Part shown: positions 46,142 through 60,763 of the stretch, piece by piece
Position numbering within the stretch: the first letter of the stretch is position 1
How the letters are laid out: every line of letters begins with the position of its first letter
Origin: Adineta vaga
Taxonomy: Eukaryota; Animalia; Rotifera
Assembly (NCBI GenBank): GCA_021613535.1
Contig: CP075492.1
Span: forward strand, 13,392,001 to 13,456,000
Reading direction: 5' to 3'
DNA length: 64,000 nt
Made by a program: the position numbers and the translations under genes
The notes under the pieces: model-generated
What the model saw: the letters and a program-made list of their open reading frames with translations, nothing else
Told to the model about the DNA's origin: nothing
Database searches by the model: none

Positions 46142-49100
46142 TCAATTGTGTTTATTTACAACTTTATTCCATGTAATTTTGTGACTTTGCGTCATAATTA
46201 ATGACAACGAATCGATACGCAAAAATTGTCTAGAAGAGTTAACTACTGTATGCATATGCTGATTATCTGTAGTTATTGTAGTTGGTATTTCATTCCATCC
46301 ATATATAATTAACGAATCTAATATTAATGTAGACATATATGAATAGTTGTTTGTAATAACATCAATCGATAATAGACAATTTACTGATGACCAATTGAAT
46401 GTTGCATAGTAATATCTTTGAGAGTTGATTGTATCAAAAGATTCACCATCATCATAGAAAAGATCTCCTTCAGCTTGCCCATTCGCATTAAGTACAATAA
46501 TGAGTTCAAATGGTTTCATTCTAGAATACAAATAAAGCTACATATTGTTGTATTCAAAGGAAGTGTACGTCTTTTTACCTTGAATACTTCGTGCTTAAAG
46601 CATATCCTTGCGTTGGTATGATAGCTCCACCTCTCAACAAGATCGGAATCGTCTCTAATGGTGCTTCTAACATGATAAATTGTTGTTTAGCTTGAATAAG
46701 TGAACCTGTATAATAATCGTACCAATGGGATGAAGGAATATAAACATAAACTTGTCGTGCTCCATTATCAGTTACAGGAAGTATCATGATATGTGATCCA
46801 ATAAGAAATTGAAGATGAATATCAAATGTTATTTTATCGGTGGGAAATTCATGAAATAATGGACGAATAACTGTTGAACCTTGGGTATGTGCTTTATAGA
46901 ATAATGTATAATAATAAGGTAGCAGACGATAACGAATTTGAAGAGCTGATATCATAATCGTAACAGCTGATTGAGACCAAGCAGCAGGATCTTGATCAAA
47001 TGGTTTATTACTACTATGCTATATAGAGTAAAACATATACAAGAATAAAATGAAATAAATCGAGATATTCTACACATACGATTCGTGAGAATGGATAGAA
47101 AGCACCGAGTTGCATCCATCTAATAAAAGAAGGATAGAAGGAAGATATGTGTAGAATAATTAAATTATTTACCTAATACACATTTCTTCTGTTGGTATTT
47201 GATCAAATCCACAAATATCAGCACCATTGAATGGAATACCAAACCAATTGAATTCAACCATTAATATCAAAGATCGTTTCATCTCTTTCCAAGTAGCCTG
47301 ATTATCACCGAACCAATGACTACTCCATTGACCAGATCCAACAAATGTCGAACGTGAAAGAATCAAACTTCGATTTCCTATTGTTGACTTCAATGCATTC
47401 CATGTCGCTTTTGTTTCACTCCAACCATAAAGACTACACAAACAGAAATTAATATGGATATCCAATGAATAGACAAACGTACTTGTGAACATCATAATGA
47501 AAATATTTCGAATTCTCTGTGTTTGCATTGATCTCACCTTGTAGAGCAGACATACATAAAGTATGATCAGAAAGACGAGCAGATCGATTTGCTCTTTCAT
47601 CATATCGAAAAACAGCTTTCGTTCGATAGGGTGGATCATCGAATGTATTCTGTGTACATTTCAATGTATAATTGCTATTAATTTCTAATGAATTCCATGG
47701 AATTAAATCATTTGTACTGAACAAAGCTAGAAATATTAAGATGAAATTTTTTTTTACAAACAAAATATAAAATGTTTACCAGGTTCATTCATATCGATCC
47801 AAAGTCCATCGAATGTTAAATTTGTTTGTCGAAAATTTTTGATCCATCTTGACCACCAAACTTGTGTTTGATTTTTAAAGAAATCTAAATTGACTTCGAT
47901 GTCAATCTATTCTATTTACTATTCACAATACTCACCGGGAAAGAATACATTACCCGGCCAACATACTCCTTTCATTAATGTTTTAGTTTGATCTGATCGA
48001 ATGAATACATCTTCTCTAATACCTTCAATTGTTGGTACATAATTCTTTTCATCATCGAACATACCGGGATCAAGAATAATCATAGTTCTTATTCCATCTC
48101 GATTCAATTGAGTAAAATATTGATTTAATCCTTGAAAATTAATAGAATCGATTGTGAAATCTTTTCGTGCATCCATATAATCAATATCAGCATATTGAAC
48201 ATCGAATGGAACTTTAGCATTACGATTTCTTTCAATAACTCTTTGCATATGTTCTAGATTAGAATAACCCCAACGAGAAAGTTGAAAACCAAGAGACCAA
48301 TATGGTGGAAGAAAGGTTCGTCCAATAAGCCATGTATATTGTTGAGTAACTTGTTCTGGTGAAGGACCAAGAAAAACAAAAAAATCAAGAATACCACCAA
48401 TTGTACGTATAGTTAACGATGGTTTTGAATCAAATGAATAATCCATTGCGTTCGAATTTAGCAAAAGAACACCATGCATATGACCTGATGGACGTTGATC
48501 TGACTTAGATACTTGTTCCATAACAACATAGAATGGATGTGTACCATAATGATTAGTATTCGATCCCCAATTGGTACCTAAAACAAGTAAATCATTGATT
48601 TTGTTTATTCTTTGCAAGAAAAAGATGGTCTACGAACCTTGATCTCGTGCAAAAATTCCCCATGTCTTTCGTTCGTACACATTATGTTTGAGTGTATCAT
48701 GATTATTCTCTCCGAATCCATAAATATGTGGTGATTGAAGTCGTGTTACAATTTGAAGAAATTGATTATTGAGTACAAGACCACCGAGAGATGTATCAAA
48801 TAGGATCGCTTGACTTGTTCGACGTTTGACAACAAACGAAAATAATTTTTCCGGTAAATCACTCGACGAATAGCCAAATTCATACAGTGGTGATGGCGCA
48901 CGACCAGGTGAACCAGTCAATGGGATTGGCACCTTTTGAAAATTGATTATTTTGAAAACATTTTTTTCATTCCCATTCACCTTACCTCATAGCGTGGTTG
49001 ATCATTATCATAAAATCTGAATCGAAGTATATCATTCGTATAATACTGAACATCGAGAATGACGTTTTTAATTGGTTCAGGAAACATACTTGCAACAGCT

Positions 49101-49543
49101 GAATTTCGTTTCAATTTCAATCGTAAGCCTGATTCAGTTTGTTCTTCATGTATAACTTTATATCCATAATTACGTTTTAAATAACACTGAGTCATATTTA
49201 GTGTAACCTTTTCATCAAAAATACAATTACGTTTCAAACATGCTTCTTTTGAATAATTTGAAAACTTCGATAATGCTTCCGGATAACAATCAATTCGATA
49301 CATACTTGTCGATGATTGAAGTACGAATAGTATAGTGATAGCAATGAACGAAAAAATGATTAGAATTGTCAAAGGAATTATAAACGGAAATATTGCAAAC
49401 CATACCTATATTAAAATACATTCAAATCAATCAACATTTTCAAAAATCCAAAATAAAAGATCTACTTTTAAAAATCTTGATTTTTTCTTATCGATATTGT
49501 CTGTGGCATTTGGTGACACGAGTGGGATATTTTCTTCAGACAT
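46142..49543 (-). CDS. GH31 alpha-glucosidase (maltase-glucoamylase/lysosomal alpha-glucosidase-like) with trefoil domain, type II anchor; multi-exon
   Basis: RIDCYPE trefoil, YGTHPFY, GGILDF, PPYWSLGFQLSRWGY, DIDYMD, catalytic WIDMNEP, HWFGDN, GADICGF and RYRLLPYYYTLF. Confidence 0.95.
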
Positions 49544-52159
49544 ATGCAAATAGTAATACTACACAAAAAATATGACTGTAAAAAGTAACAAATATATTAA
49601 TGTGCGCATGTCGTTCACGTTGATTGATGAAACAAGAAAAAGAACACGTTTTTTTTCGTTTTCTTTCAAACTGAATCATACTCATCAAATGTAGTCAAGA
49701 TAGTCGACACGATTGATACGAGCAACGTATATTTTACATTTTTCTCGATTAGAATACATAACATAGAAAAATGCTTTCCGTAATGGTTGAATGAATCAAA
49801 ATATAAACAGTCGGTTTCATAAAGATACAAAATATTAATAAGAAATCTTCATGTAATACAATTTAGTATCTGTTTCAATAGAAAAATGTTATGATTCCGT
49901 TCTAAATCATTATTTATTGATAATCAGTATGTATCATTTCGACACAAGATCACCGCTTATGGTCATATAAATGCTGATAGTTTCTGGATAATTGTAAAGA
50001 ATAGAGTCGCAGTTTTCATTGTCTGTAGAACAAGATCGACGAGCATAGTTTTTATTCTTTAGTGATGTATTCAAAACAGATTAAAAATTACAAAAATATT
50101 TTTGTTGTCGAGTTTATTTTAAATTTGATAATTGATAAAGCGTATTTAATAGTAAAAGCGTGAGAAGAAAGAAGTTTTATACGAGAACAAGAGAAATTGT
50201 CTTTCATTTTAGAAAAAAAATCGTAGTAATAACAGAGATTGCGACAAATCCAAGATGAAATGATGATAAAACTGAAGTAGCTCCATTGCAGAGATCTGTT
50301 TTGCAGCACCATGTTCCAATGCCTTTTATGTTACCTTCTTTACAATCTTTTTTTATGTCACGAGTTGTACCTACGTTTCGAGCAGTAATTTTCTATTGTA
50401 GTATTAAATTGAGAGTATTTCTCATTAGAATAAAATCAAACTTACTTGACAAGAATATCCTTCATCGTCAACCACCTCTGTTATCGTATCATTTGTTGGT
50501 GTAAATGGATTATTGCAATTTGTACATTTGTAGCACTGAAGACCATCCGCAAATTCACTTAATGCTGAAAAGAATTATCATTTTATTCATTTCTTTGTAT
50601 ACTCAACTAATGTTAAACATACCGAATAAGAGAAAACATCCAACGATAATATGTCGAAGAGATGACATTATTTCTCGGTTTGTTGTATTTTTGAATAACA
50701 CGTATTTTATGAGAAAAAAGTGACTGTTAATGGAATGCTACATGGAAAATATATATATGCAGATAAGAAAAACACAGATACAATATTTGGCAATTAGATA
50801 AGACTGAGAAAAATTTAATTTATTGTTGTTCACAACCTACTCATAGTAACCATGATGAGTAACGATATTTAAAGTTTTGATGGATTTGCGAAGAACGATT
50901 TGTAACTATTTTCACAGAATGAGTATTTATTCATTGATAAGAATATCGAAGCTTTTATCGCCTCATAATCTGACATCTTTGTCAAATGTTTAACTCAGCA
51001 CAAAATTTGTGTCAATATCGAATAAAATGCATGGTCTCAAGTCTGGAATGAATGTATGACAAGAAAAAACACATTTTACATATTTAACAATGTTTCCTTC
51101 TGGTGAATTATACAAAAAATATTGTGCAGCATCTTTTTCACATACTACAACGATCAGTATAGAACTGAATAGTAACCGGGTATTTCTAGAAATATTGATA
51201 TTTCACATATACGAAGATCAAGAATACCTTTGACTTGTGTTTTGGGATTCGCCACTAATAATGGATCAGTTTCTATATCATTGAATAACAAGTCTCGTAG
51301 AAAACGAATATGTTCTATAGTAGTTGATTGATTTCTATTGGTCTATCTGTACTTGTAACATGATTTGGTTCGATCGTTGATGTATCGAAAGCATTCGTTG
51401 ATAGAATACGAGTAAGATTGCTATTCACTGATAAATATGAGCCAAATGATGGTGTGAATGCAGTTGGTATCCAATTCTCACGAAAGCCAATAAAACGAAA
51501 CGGTGAATATAGAAATGAACTATCAGAAAAGTTTTTCATTTTTGATTCAGCAGAATTTCATGAACGTCAACAAAATCGGAGAAACATGAATTATCAAGGA
51601 GTAAATTGTAGATCAGTTTTAGTCTATAACGATATATAGAAGTTCATCTCAATCATGATGATTTTGACAAACATCTAGCAAATGTTGAATAACTGGAATA
51701 CCGAATTGATTCAGTAAATTTTCATCATCAATAACACTAAAGTGTAAAAATTGAAGTGATCTCCATTGTCCAACAAAGATAGCTATTTCTCGTTTAGAAT
51801 AAATAGAATATTGTTTTAAATTATAAGAAATTTAAAAGTGATAATGATAATGGACTAGCTTTACATAAATTCGAATCATTAATATATCGAACACTACATG
51901 TTTGTTCAGATAAGTAAATTGGATGGTTTCATTGAATGAACATTTTTACATGGATTTTACATGGAGTGTTTGTCTTAGGAACCCTTTTATTCTTATTGAC
52001 AACATAATCCATAATACGAGCAAATTCATTTTTTAGATAATTAGCTCATTTTTGCGTGATTGGATGCATCGACGCCTCCTCTAATTAGAAAAGTCAAAGA
52101 TTTTTTATGTTGAAAATTCAAAATAACCAGGGACGATTGATTTTCAATTACAATAATAG

Positions 52160-53110
52160 AAAATAACTAGAGAATACTTATATTAATCACCAATCGTTTA
52201 ACATTAGCACTTACTAAATTATGAGTAACTGATGATAAATCGATGGTCATGTTATAAATTTCAACAATCAATGTACTCATATTTGTGAAACGACCATCAA
52301 ACAAAGAAAATCGACGAACGTTGACAGAATAATGCATACACCATTTTTCTATGACTTTTAAATGATTTGATCTCATTTGTGATAAAGTGATAGATAATAT
52401 GGAGATTCCAGAATTTCAATTCAGTAAAATTTGAATGAGAAGTAGCAAGTAGAAAATGTTTCATGTTTTCTAGTTGAAGAATAAGACATTTTGACGTTGA
52501 AAGAAATTCGAGATAATTTATCACTACAGAATCGATCCGAGTCTCGGATCGATTTAGACATGTGCAGGGTAAGCATTTTCCTTACCCTATACCCTAGCAT
52601 AGCAAATTTTTTAAACCCTAACCCTACCCTACCCTACGACCTTCGTACCCTAACCATACCCTACCCTACGACCTTCATACTCTAACCCTACCCTACCCTG
52701 CACGGTAGGGTAGGGTAGGGCAGGGTAGGGGGCCCCTGCACATCTCTAGAACATTTGATAATGCAATACTATAAGTTCAGAAACACTTAAACTATTATGT
52801 ATAATAAGATGTTCAATAGGGCTAGGCTTTTCTATCATCGGTAATAACGAACGAAATCCAAAATGTGTGTAAAATGGAAGCTTAAAATATTCTAATACGG
52901 GTAAACACAATATCCAACAATAAACACTCTTCTTATCTTTGATGATATCGATGGTAATAATCACTAGAAAATGAAGATAGGGTAAATCAGTAATATCATT
53001 GATCAAGTCTTTAAGACGTATTGACTTGATTTAATCAAGAATAAGTGTTTGAAGTTGATAAAAATCTTTGATAGGATCAGGAGATGAAAGGAAATGATCG
53101 ATAATGAATT
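52160..53110 (-). pseudogene. Decayed bdelloid-type F-box/LRR-like gene, interrupted by a MITE
   Basis: Fragments QLQTLILD*IKS, DLPYLHFLVI, SPIEHLII and LENMKHF in shifting frames, with stops. Confidence 0.55.
52555..52748. mobile_element. MITE (hAT-like TAG...CTA ends), 194 bp, with internal (CCCTA)n/(TAGGG)n arrays
   Basis: 15-bp TIRs tagacatgtgcaggg / ccctgcacatctcta with 1 mismatch. No clear 8-bp TSD. Confidence 0.8.
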
Positions 53111-53126
53111 AGTTCTATATCTATTA

Positions 53127-53575
53127 GGGATAATAAAATGTTGATAATAATGCAAAAAGTCGATTTAATGGAATTCATGTAAATCATCCAGATGATTGTT
53201 GGTTACAAACATTTCTTGGTAGATTTCGAGATTATTTGATGAAATATAGGATTTTTATTTAGGTAATGTGAAAGTTGTAATAGTTGGTGAACGTACACTT
53301 GATGAACCACCACGCCTAACAGATATTCATGAATATGATGTTTCATATATTATTCCAGATAAAAACAAAAAGAATATTTTGACATTTCTTTATCAAGTAT
53401 TATGTTTTCTTCAACAAAATGTGAAACAAGATGGAAATTATTTACTTTCTCGTCGTTATGATTCAATTCTTATAGAGAAAAGAATTTATATCTTTATAAA
53501 ATAGATGATCAAGATGAACAACAATTAACATTTATTACACAAGAAATACTTATCGAATTAGGTTTTAATCGTTAA
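53127..53575 (+). pseudogene. 3' fragment of a DXO/Rai1-like decapping nuclease gene
   Basis: Spliced reading CWLQTFLG/NVKVVIVGERT...FLYQVLCFLQQNV resembles the Rai1/DXO motif W.QSFL.GV..I..GFR. The 5' part is missing and one splice donor is broken. Confidence 0.4.
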
Positions 53576-54183
53576 ATTATCCTATAAAAACATTTATATA
53601 ATAACTGTGAATATATATATATATATTGAATTCGAATAAAATAACGATATCCTATACGTTTAAGTGCATAACGATAAATTGAACTAGTGAGTATATATAT
53701 AAATAAAATGGAGTTGAATGTGTAAGACAAATCAAAAGTACAATTAATGAATGAATCTTGAAGTGTAGGTGAGGATTCAGTAACAATCGCATTCAGTCTC
53801 ACCCACCATCAAAATCATTGGTTCTTTATTTACAACAATTCAATCGGTGCAAGCTGGGTTGCATGTGAAAGAGGATCGAGGAGAAAATATTTTATCAAGG
53901 ATGTGTGGGTTTGAGGGTAAATATGTATGTGGATGAAAGTACAAGACACCCATGCCTTCATCCTAATATTAAAAAAGAACAAATGAAACAAAAATTGTTT
54001 ATTGAGAAATAGTATCTACTTACAGGCTCAATAACAGGTTTTTGAAGTATTTTTAAATAATGATATGACCAAAACAAAACAACGTCAAAAATCTGGCTTT
54101 GTAACAAATGTAACCATTCACAAGAAAAATCGAGGAAACGATTGAAGGAAAACCATAACAACAATAATTAATAAGTTTGCTTC

Positions 54184-57107
54184 TTAGCAAAGCCAAATAC
54201 TCAGCTGATTGTGATAGGAAAATTCAATTTGAGTTGTAGTTAAATCCTTTAGACGGTCAATGTTTGCTATAATTGCTTGTTTAGTATTTTCTTTTACACC
54301 TGGTTTAAGGATGTAATTACCATTTTTATTTATTTGTAAGAATAATAATTCACTCAATTGAGCTTTGTCGATCAGTAATTCACATACAAAATTAACCATT
54401 TCTTTTTCTCTTACCAATTGTCTTTGTCCACGAATACTAAGATAATGCACTTTAGGAATGATCATATTGAATTGAATTACATCAAAATGTGCACCATCTC
54501 CTCCATGAATGATATGAACATGTCTAATCATTGGATATCTTCCAGAACAATGAGAAAGATCTATCCATCTTGCATTGAGATAGAAAAGATGGGGTGATGT
54601 ATCTAGAATTAATTGTAATAGTGAATGGTGCATTGAACAGACGCGGGAAACATGTGTTAATCGAAATGTCAACGAGCGAAGATAATGACATAGATGATTG
54701 GCATGTGTTGGAGTTACAACAATTTCTACTTGATTCTAAAAATTGAAATGATACATCATCTAGTTATTTCTTGCATTTTTTTTCAGTTTAAAACTTAAAA
54801 TATTAAAATGAAAACCAAAGTCCAAATATAAATATGAGAAAATTGATATATGTTCTCATGAAAATGATGACTTACATTTATTCCGAAAAAATGACAATGA
54901 AGTGTCTTAATGTTTCTCACTGTTTGAAGACTTTTAATTAATTGAGTTTCATTGTTTGTCCATTTACATAACCATTCCATGTTTTGATAACTGAAGTTCT
55001 TTCGAGTTATTGTTGAATGACGAGTGAAAAGTTTATAGTTGTGTATGGTGCGCATATATTTCAATATATCAAAAGGAATAGAGTAGACGAAAAGTACATC
55101 TTCAATAATATCTGATAGTGGTGAATAATCAAACTGATCCTCGATACGTTCATCTACATGAAAGCCAACATTATTAAATGGCCATCCATTATTAGAATAT
55201 CTTTGAATCCATTCATGTTCGCATTTAGCAGGAAATTGAAGTAAAAATTGAAACTGATTGCGTTTAAGAGAAGGTAAATTTGAAGGACCAATTAATTGTT
55301 GAAAAGCTAATAAATTATTTAGAGCTAAATAAAAACTCCTATATTATTTTTCTTTATCTCAAATATCTAATAAAAATTCAAGATTAAAGAGCATGAACAG
55401 TGTAAATTATGGCCATCGAAAAATCAATCTCAGTTCCTAAACATTCGAATAGCTCGAAACTGGGAGCATATGTGGGAGTGAAAGAAGGCTGAAAATATCC
55501 CGTTTTCAGACAGAAATTTCTCGGTCCAGGTTCGTACAACATGTATGTCTTTTCTAATTGGAAAGAGTATGTTAGGATACGACACATCAGAATCTTTTTT
55601 AAATTTTTTCCAGAGAAAGAGTTCAATGACCCAAAACGCACGCCTATAATTTGTGTCTAACTACATAAATCTCTGCAAATATATTTTAAAAAAAGTTGAA
55701 CAAAAAATGGCGCGATGCGCTCTTAATAATAAAAATACTGATACATTTGCAGAATCTGAATCGAGAATCCGTTGTTCGAAGATAAAAACTCATAGAACAA
55801 GAAGAATTGAAAAACTGCTCATTTCTCGAATACTCTACTTAAGAAAACATCAAAGATTTCCGAAAAAAGTAAACTATCGATGAAAACTTGTTCTCGTTTA
55901 CGACAGTTGATGGCAGGCTATTTCCTCAAGTATGTACCTCAATTTCGAAGTCTCTGACAACAACTGGATTTTCAAGGGAGAACTTTAATCATTATTATAA
56001 AAATGATTAATATTCGAAAGTCTTTTAGTTAGTAGTGAGTTCATTGCACTTACATTTATCAAATATATCGACCAATATAAGTGTTTCAAGAAGAGGAAAG
56101 GTGAGTATGTTGAATAAAGTCAGGAGATCTTGGAGCTCCATTTGACGTAGCACAAATGATCGAAGTTTTGTTCCAGCAGCATTAGTATCACGAAGATCCT
56201 TTTCGGATAATTGAATAGATTTTGTTTGTTGTTTTCTTTTAGTTATTAAATCTTTTCGTGGCTGTTCGATAGTTACATTCAAATGTTCAAGCAATGGTAA
56301 AGCTTCAGGCATTAAGAGAAGAATAAGCTCTGATGAATGTTGTAAACTAATAGTCAAACAAACAGTGCGCATCCAGTATAATGAATGTTCTATATTGTAT
56401 AAGTCTGCATATTCCAAATGTTGGTATGTATGTCCTAGAAATAAATTCATGATCGTTAAAATTAGTTATTATTAATCAAAGATTTGAAACATAAAACTAC
56501 TCAATTTTTTAAAAATTTCCTCTAAAAGACACTATTCCTTGATGATCATAGTTTTGGTATACAGACCTCTCGTTACTTGTAATATCATAACTGGACATGA
56601 AATACGTTTTTCCACTAAGTGAGACAATGTAGAATGATAAGTAGAACATGGTTGTTCGAAAATAAGATGAAGATAATGGAGTTGCGATTGAAGAATTTGC
56701 ACAAATTCAAGTTCATAATATAATATACCAATCTTGTTTATAGCTCCTGGTAAAATGTAAATTGTTCTTAAAGATGATAATTTCCAATTTGGTTTTGTTG
56801 CAATCCATCGATTAATTAATATTTCATAATCAAGATCATTTTCAAGACAAATTGCATGTGCATGAGAAACAAATTCTGTCTGCCAAAGATAGTCATGTGA
56901 TTTTTTATCATGATTTTCAAGTAGTTGAACTATTTCAGGATAAGATATATCTTTCAAATCGATAGTATGACGTATTAGATTCGAACTCAATAGTTGAGTC
57001 AAACGTCTATTAATACCAAAAAAAGCTCGCCAAGTATGCCGTGAAGATAAATAACTGAAAATAATAAGCCATATTTCGTTTGGTAATGATTCAAACGTAA
57101 GAGTCAT
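54184..57107 (-). CDS. Bdelloid-type F-box protein (N-terminal F-box plus LRR-like repeats); 4 exons
   Basis: MTLTFESLPNEIWLIIFSYL..AFFGINRRL F-box. Exons 56567-57107, 56054-56434, about 54876-55324 and about 54184-54735 join via GT-AG introns. Confidence 0.85.
55384..55988. mobile_element. Probable non-autonomous DNA transposon inside the 729-nt intron of the F-box gene (TTAA-flanked, Kolobok-like?)
   Basis: The intron is more than 10 times the typical size and the internal segment is more GC-rich. It is bounded by TTAA|AG ... CT|TTAA, but TIR identity is weak. Confidence 0.4.
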
Positions 57108-60100
57108 TGTTTTTTATTTGAAAAAATCTAAAATCGATATATTTGTCTTTTTATTCAGTCGCTCAACTATAGATAACAATGGATGTTTCTCATTGTATTT
57201 TCTTTTTTCTTGATCATAACTGTCTGCCGTCCAACTAGACTATAATCTGTAATTGGATTGGTTGTAGTGTTCTTACGGTTTATTTTTTTAAGTGTCAAAC
57301 AGACTGAAAAATTGAATTAAGCGATATGATTGGCACATGATGTCTGAAAACATTTAAAGATGATTCAAGTTAAAACATGACGATAATGAGTCAATCGAGC
57401 GTCTTAACTAAACTTTAACTTAATTGAGTTTTACTTCGTTTTATTATTTTCTCTGATTGATTTCTAACACAACATAAAAATTTCTCCTTTATTAACTAGT
57501 TTCCAATAAATATTGAGCATTTGGTATTCCATATTGTTTGATTTAATTCATTATGCCTTATTTGCTATATTTATGGATGATATTCAACGTAGTAGTTTTC
57601 ATTTTTAAAATGGAAATTTGAGTTATCCAATTAGTTAATCATTAAGGATGTGTATAGCATCAGTGCCTTCAAATTTTGAAGTACGTTAGGTTTTTACCTG
57701 GATGTGGTTATGCGATTCTATTTCTAAGCTGTTTGAGTTTCGATCATATTCAAAAATATTCACTGAGACTATTTACTATAACTTAGTTGCAAACTAAATT
57801 ATTATTATTAATAAATTTTTAAAACTATTCAGGATTTTTTAATTGTATTATATTGAGATTCTTGAAAATGATCATGAACGTTAAGATATGTACATCATGA
57901 GCATTAGAAAAGTACTCAATTTATTTTTGTTAATTGTTCAAACGATGAATGGAATTGAGTAAAATCTAACCTTTGAATTTAAAAAACCGCAGTTAACCTA
58001 TTGTTTGCTATTTATAAGCCAATAGATAATGAAATTAAATAATTTAAGTTAGGTAATACGCCATTTAACTATAATATTTTTCATTCACAAAATGTCCTCT
58101 TATGAATTGTATATAGCTGTTACCGCACTTATGTAGACGAAATCATATATTGTCTCGTGCATCTTCGATTAAAGAAATAAGGAAGTCTGACAACAAGCTG
58201 TAAAAATTCTATTCAAATAATTTAGAACGAAATCACAATAAGAAAAAGAAAAGGGTTTAGTAACTTAGATATATTTCGACTATTCTTATAGTAATCGTCA
58301 GAATCATATAAAGTAATGTGTATACGAGTATTATATGTAGAATTGATTTCAGAAGAAATGAAAGAATATCCTTGACGTTATAGTCGATCATATGTTAAAA
58401 GCTAAGAACACTATTTTTTGAATTTATTTGTGAATAGGATGCCTATTGTACATGTTGTTTTTATATGACTTTGATGATGACTATGAAAATGGTTAAAATA
58501 CCAGAGATTTTAATTAGATGAAAGAAAGCATTCAGAACAATCTAGTTTCGTTTTAATCTTAAGAAAGATGCCTAATGAAAATGGAAAATAATTTGATAGA
58601 GATAAATAAAAGCTGATTTGAATTAAAGGATTATTACTCAGTCAAGAACTTACAGAACGAAAAACTAGGAAAATTGTATTCGAAATATCGTTTACGCGAA
58701 TAAGTCATATTTAATCGTACGAGAATCATATGACGAAATGATATTCATAAACGCACGTTTCCTCACACTAAACACAAGCATTTCAATACACAGTTTTGTT
58801 CTAACTTTTATAAATGATAACTATTTGGTTCATTTGTAAAACAATCATGCACTCCATCTTTCGATTTGTTGCTATTATTGATCAGAATAGATCCACTAAT
58901 GAACGTATTTTGTCTTTTACTCCTCTTTATATTTATATATAGCTAATAGATAAAAACATCGTTTATAATGATCTTTATTTCGTCATTTATATAGAAATAA
59001 AACAAATTATTTCGATAATATATTACCGTCAACAAATCCGGTTATCATTCGTATCATAAATAAACAACATTCATTAGATTATTTCACGTGAACATCAATT
59101 TTAAATGACTAAATATGAATAACTGGCATCATTAATATGACTTCATATGATAGACTCGTGAGTAGTGATGATTGTTCATAAGATTACTATAGATGATCTT
59201 TTTCCAGGTACTCCAAGATGATCTATGAAGAACATAAGGTTCTAAATTATTTATTTCAATTGTATTTTCTTTTGTACATATGGTGATACATTTAATTATA
59301 TAAAAAGAATCTATTAGATATGAATGAAATGAAACAGGAAGATTTATCAATGATATAAGAGAGATCAAAGTGAAGCTTTGCATTAATCAACAATATATTA
59401 ATGGAAAAGAAATGGTTTTTACTGAGATTTTGTACAAAACTATCTTAGAATCTCAGACAGAAGTCAGATGTATTTTGATTATAACTAATGAGGATATTGG
59501 TGAAAATTCGTGAAAGCAACTCAAATTGAAAAAGAAACAAAAATGTATATAATCAGTGTAAGTGAATGTTTTACCTAAATGAATTCTTTTCTTATTCTTT
59601 TTTTTAAGTTGTCAAAAGAGAGAAATAAAAAAAAACTATTTACGATCTCAAGTTGACAATATAACAAGATGTTGCAGCTGTTGTGTTGATGCTCGTGGAA
59701 TGAAACTAAATGGAATTAACAGTAAGGTCAGTAGTTCAGTTAAAAATTTATAAAAATATTTCATATATAATAACTAATTAAAAAACTTTTTAGGGTGAAT
59801 TTTTGTCGATAAAAAGTCAGTCTTTTTTTGACAAAACTATTACGAACTCAACCGACATATGACGATCTTCCATTCTTATATGTTCGATCGCTATGTTTTT
59901 GAAGTCTCATCTAAATCTTATTTTGGTCTGTTGTTCTCTCTGTCAATGTGAATTACATTTAAAAGGTGAGTATCTGAACGGATATGTGGGAAAAGTAAAT
60001 GTATATAATAAGGTTCAATGTCTGAATATTCTTACTTTAAGGATCGTAGAATTCATCCCCAAAATCCATAGCTTCATCATCAGAGCTGTCTTCAACATCT

Positions 60101-60310
60101 TGTTCCATAACTGTTACATGTTTGATGAGATTCGTGGCATCATCATCAAATAATTCAGTTGCCTTGACATGTAACATACTTGTTTGAAAATGAGCAATCG
60201 AATTACTTTGATATAATTGCGCTTGAGTTCCTGCAATAATAGAAATTGCAAGAATGATTGAGTACAATAGTCAGTTTTTATATTATAATTGAATTGAATA
60301 AAGATTTTAT

Positions 60311-60756
60311 CAAAGGGGGAAAAGTGGATCCTCATAGATCCTAGGCTCCAGTGAGATCCACGAATATCTGTCAGGATCTCACAGAATCTAGTAGGATCTC
60401 TCAGGAGCTATTAGGATCCATAAGGAGTCAATTCAGTTGAATTTTTTTCCAACTAAATAATTGAATTAACTATAGAATAATCGACAATAAATACAAAGTA
60501 AAGGGAATATGATAAAAATTGAACCAATTTCACTAAATTTAGCTATTTATCCAACAAATTCAAGAGACAGAAAAGCAAACTAAGAATTCCATAAAGTTTT
60601 CGGATCTTAATGGATCCTGACAGGTTCTTATCGCTCGTAGGATCTGTCAGGATCCACTTTTTTTCGACCATTAGAATCTATGAGGATCCGTGAGGAGCTG
60701 TAAGGATCCAAAAATCTCGGAGGATTCGGGATCCAGGATCCGCTTTTTTCCCCTTG
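60311..60756. mobile_element. MITE with TIRs and many GGATC subterminal repeats
   Basis: TIRs caaagggggaaaagtggatcc / ggatccgcttttttccccttg. Internal inverted pair ggatcctcataga / tctatgaggatcc around an AT-rich core. Confidence 0.8.
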
Positions 60757-60763
60757 AGAAAAA

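Noticed and set aside
52580-52735. Interstitial telomere (CCCTAA-like)
   Set aside because: Mostly 5-mer CCCTA units in both orientations enclosed by TIRs, so it is the interior of a MITE.
57200-59600. Possible genes or RNA genes in the long AT-rich stretch
   Set aside because: No coherent spliced ORF, tRNA cloverleaf or rRNA similarity was recognisable by eye. The many 60-90 aa ORFs listed here and in other intergenic regions are consistent with chance.
60037-60267. Small secreted acidic peptide gene
   Set aside because: There is a signal-like stretch but no in-frame ATG (upstream stop or frameshift next to the MITE). At best a relic, so not called.
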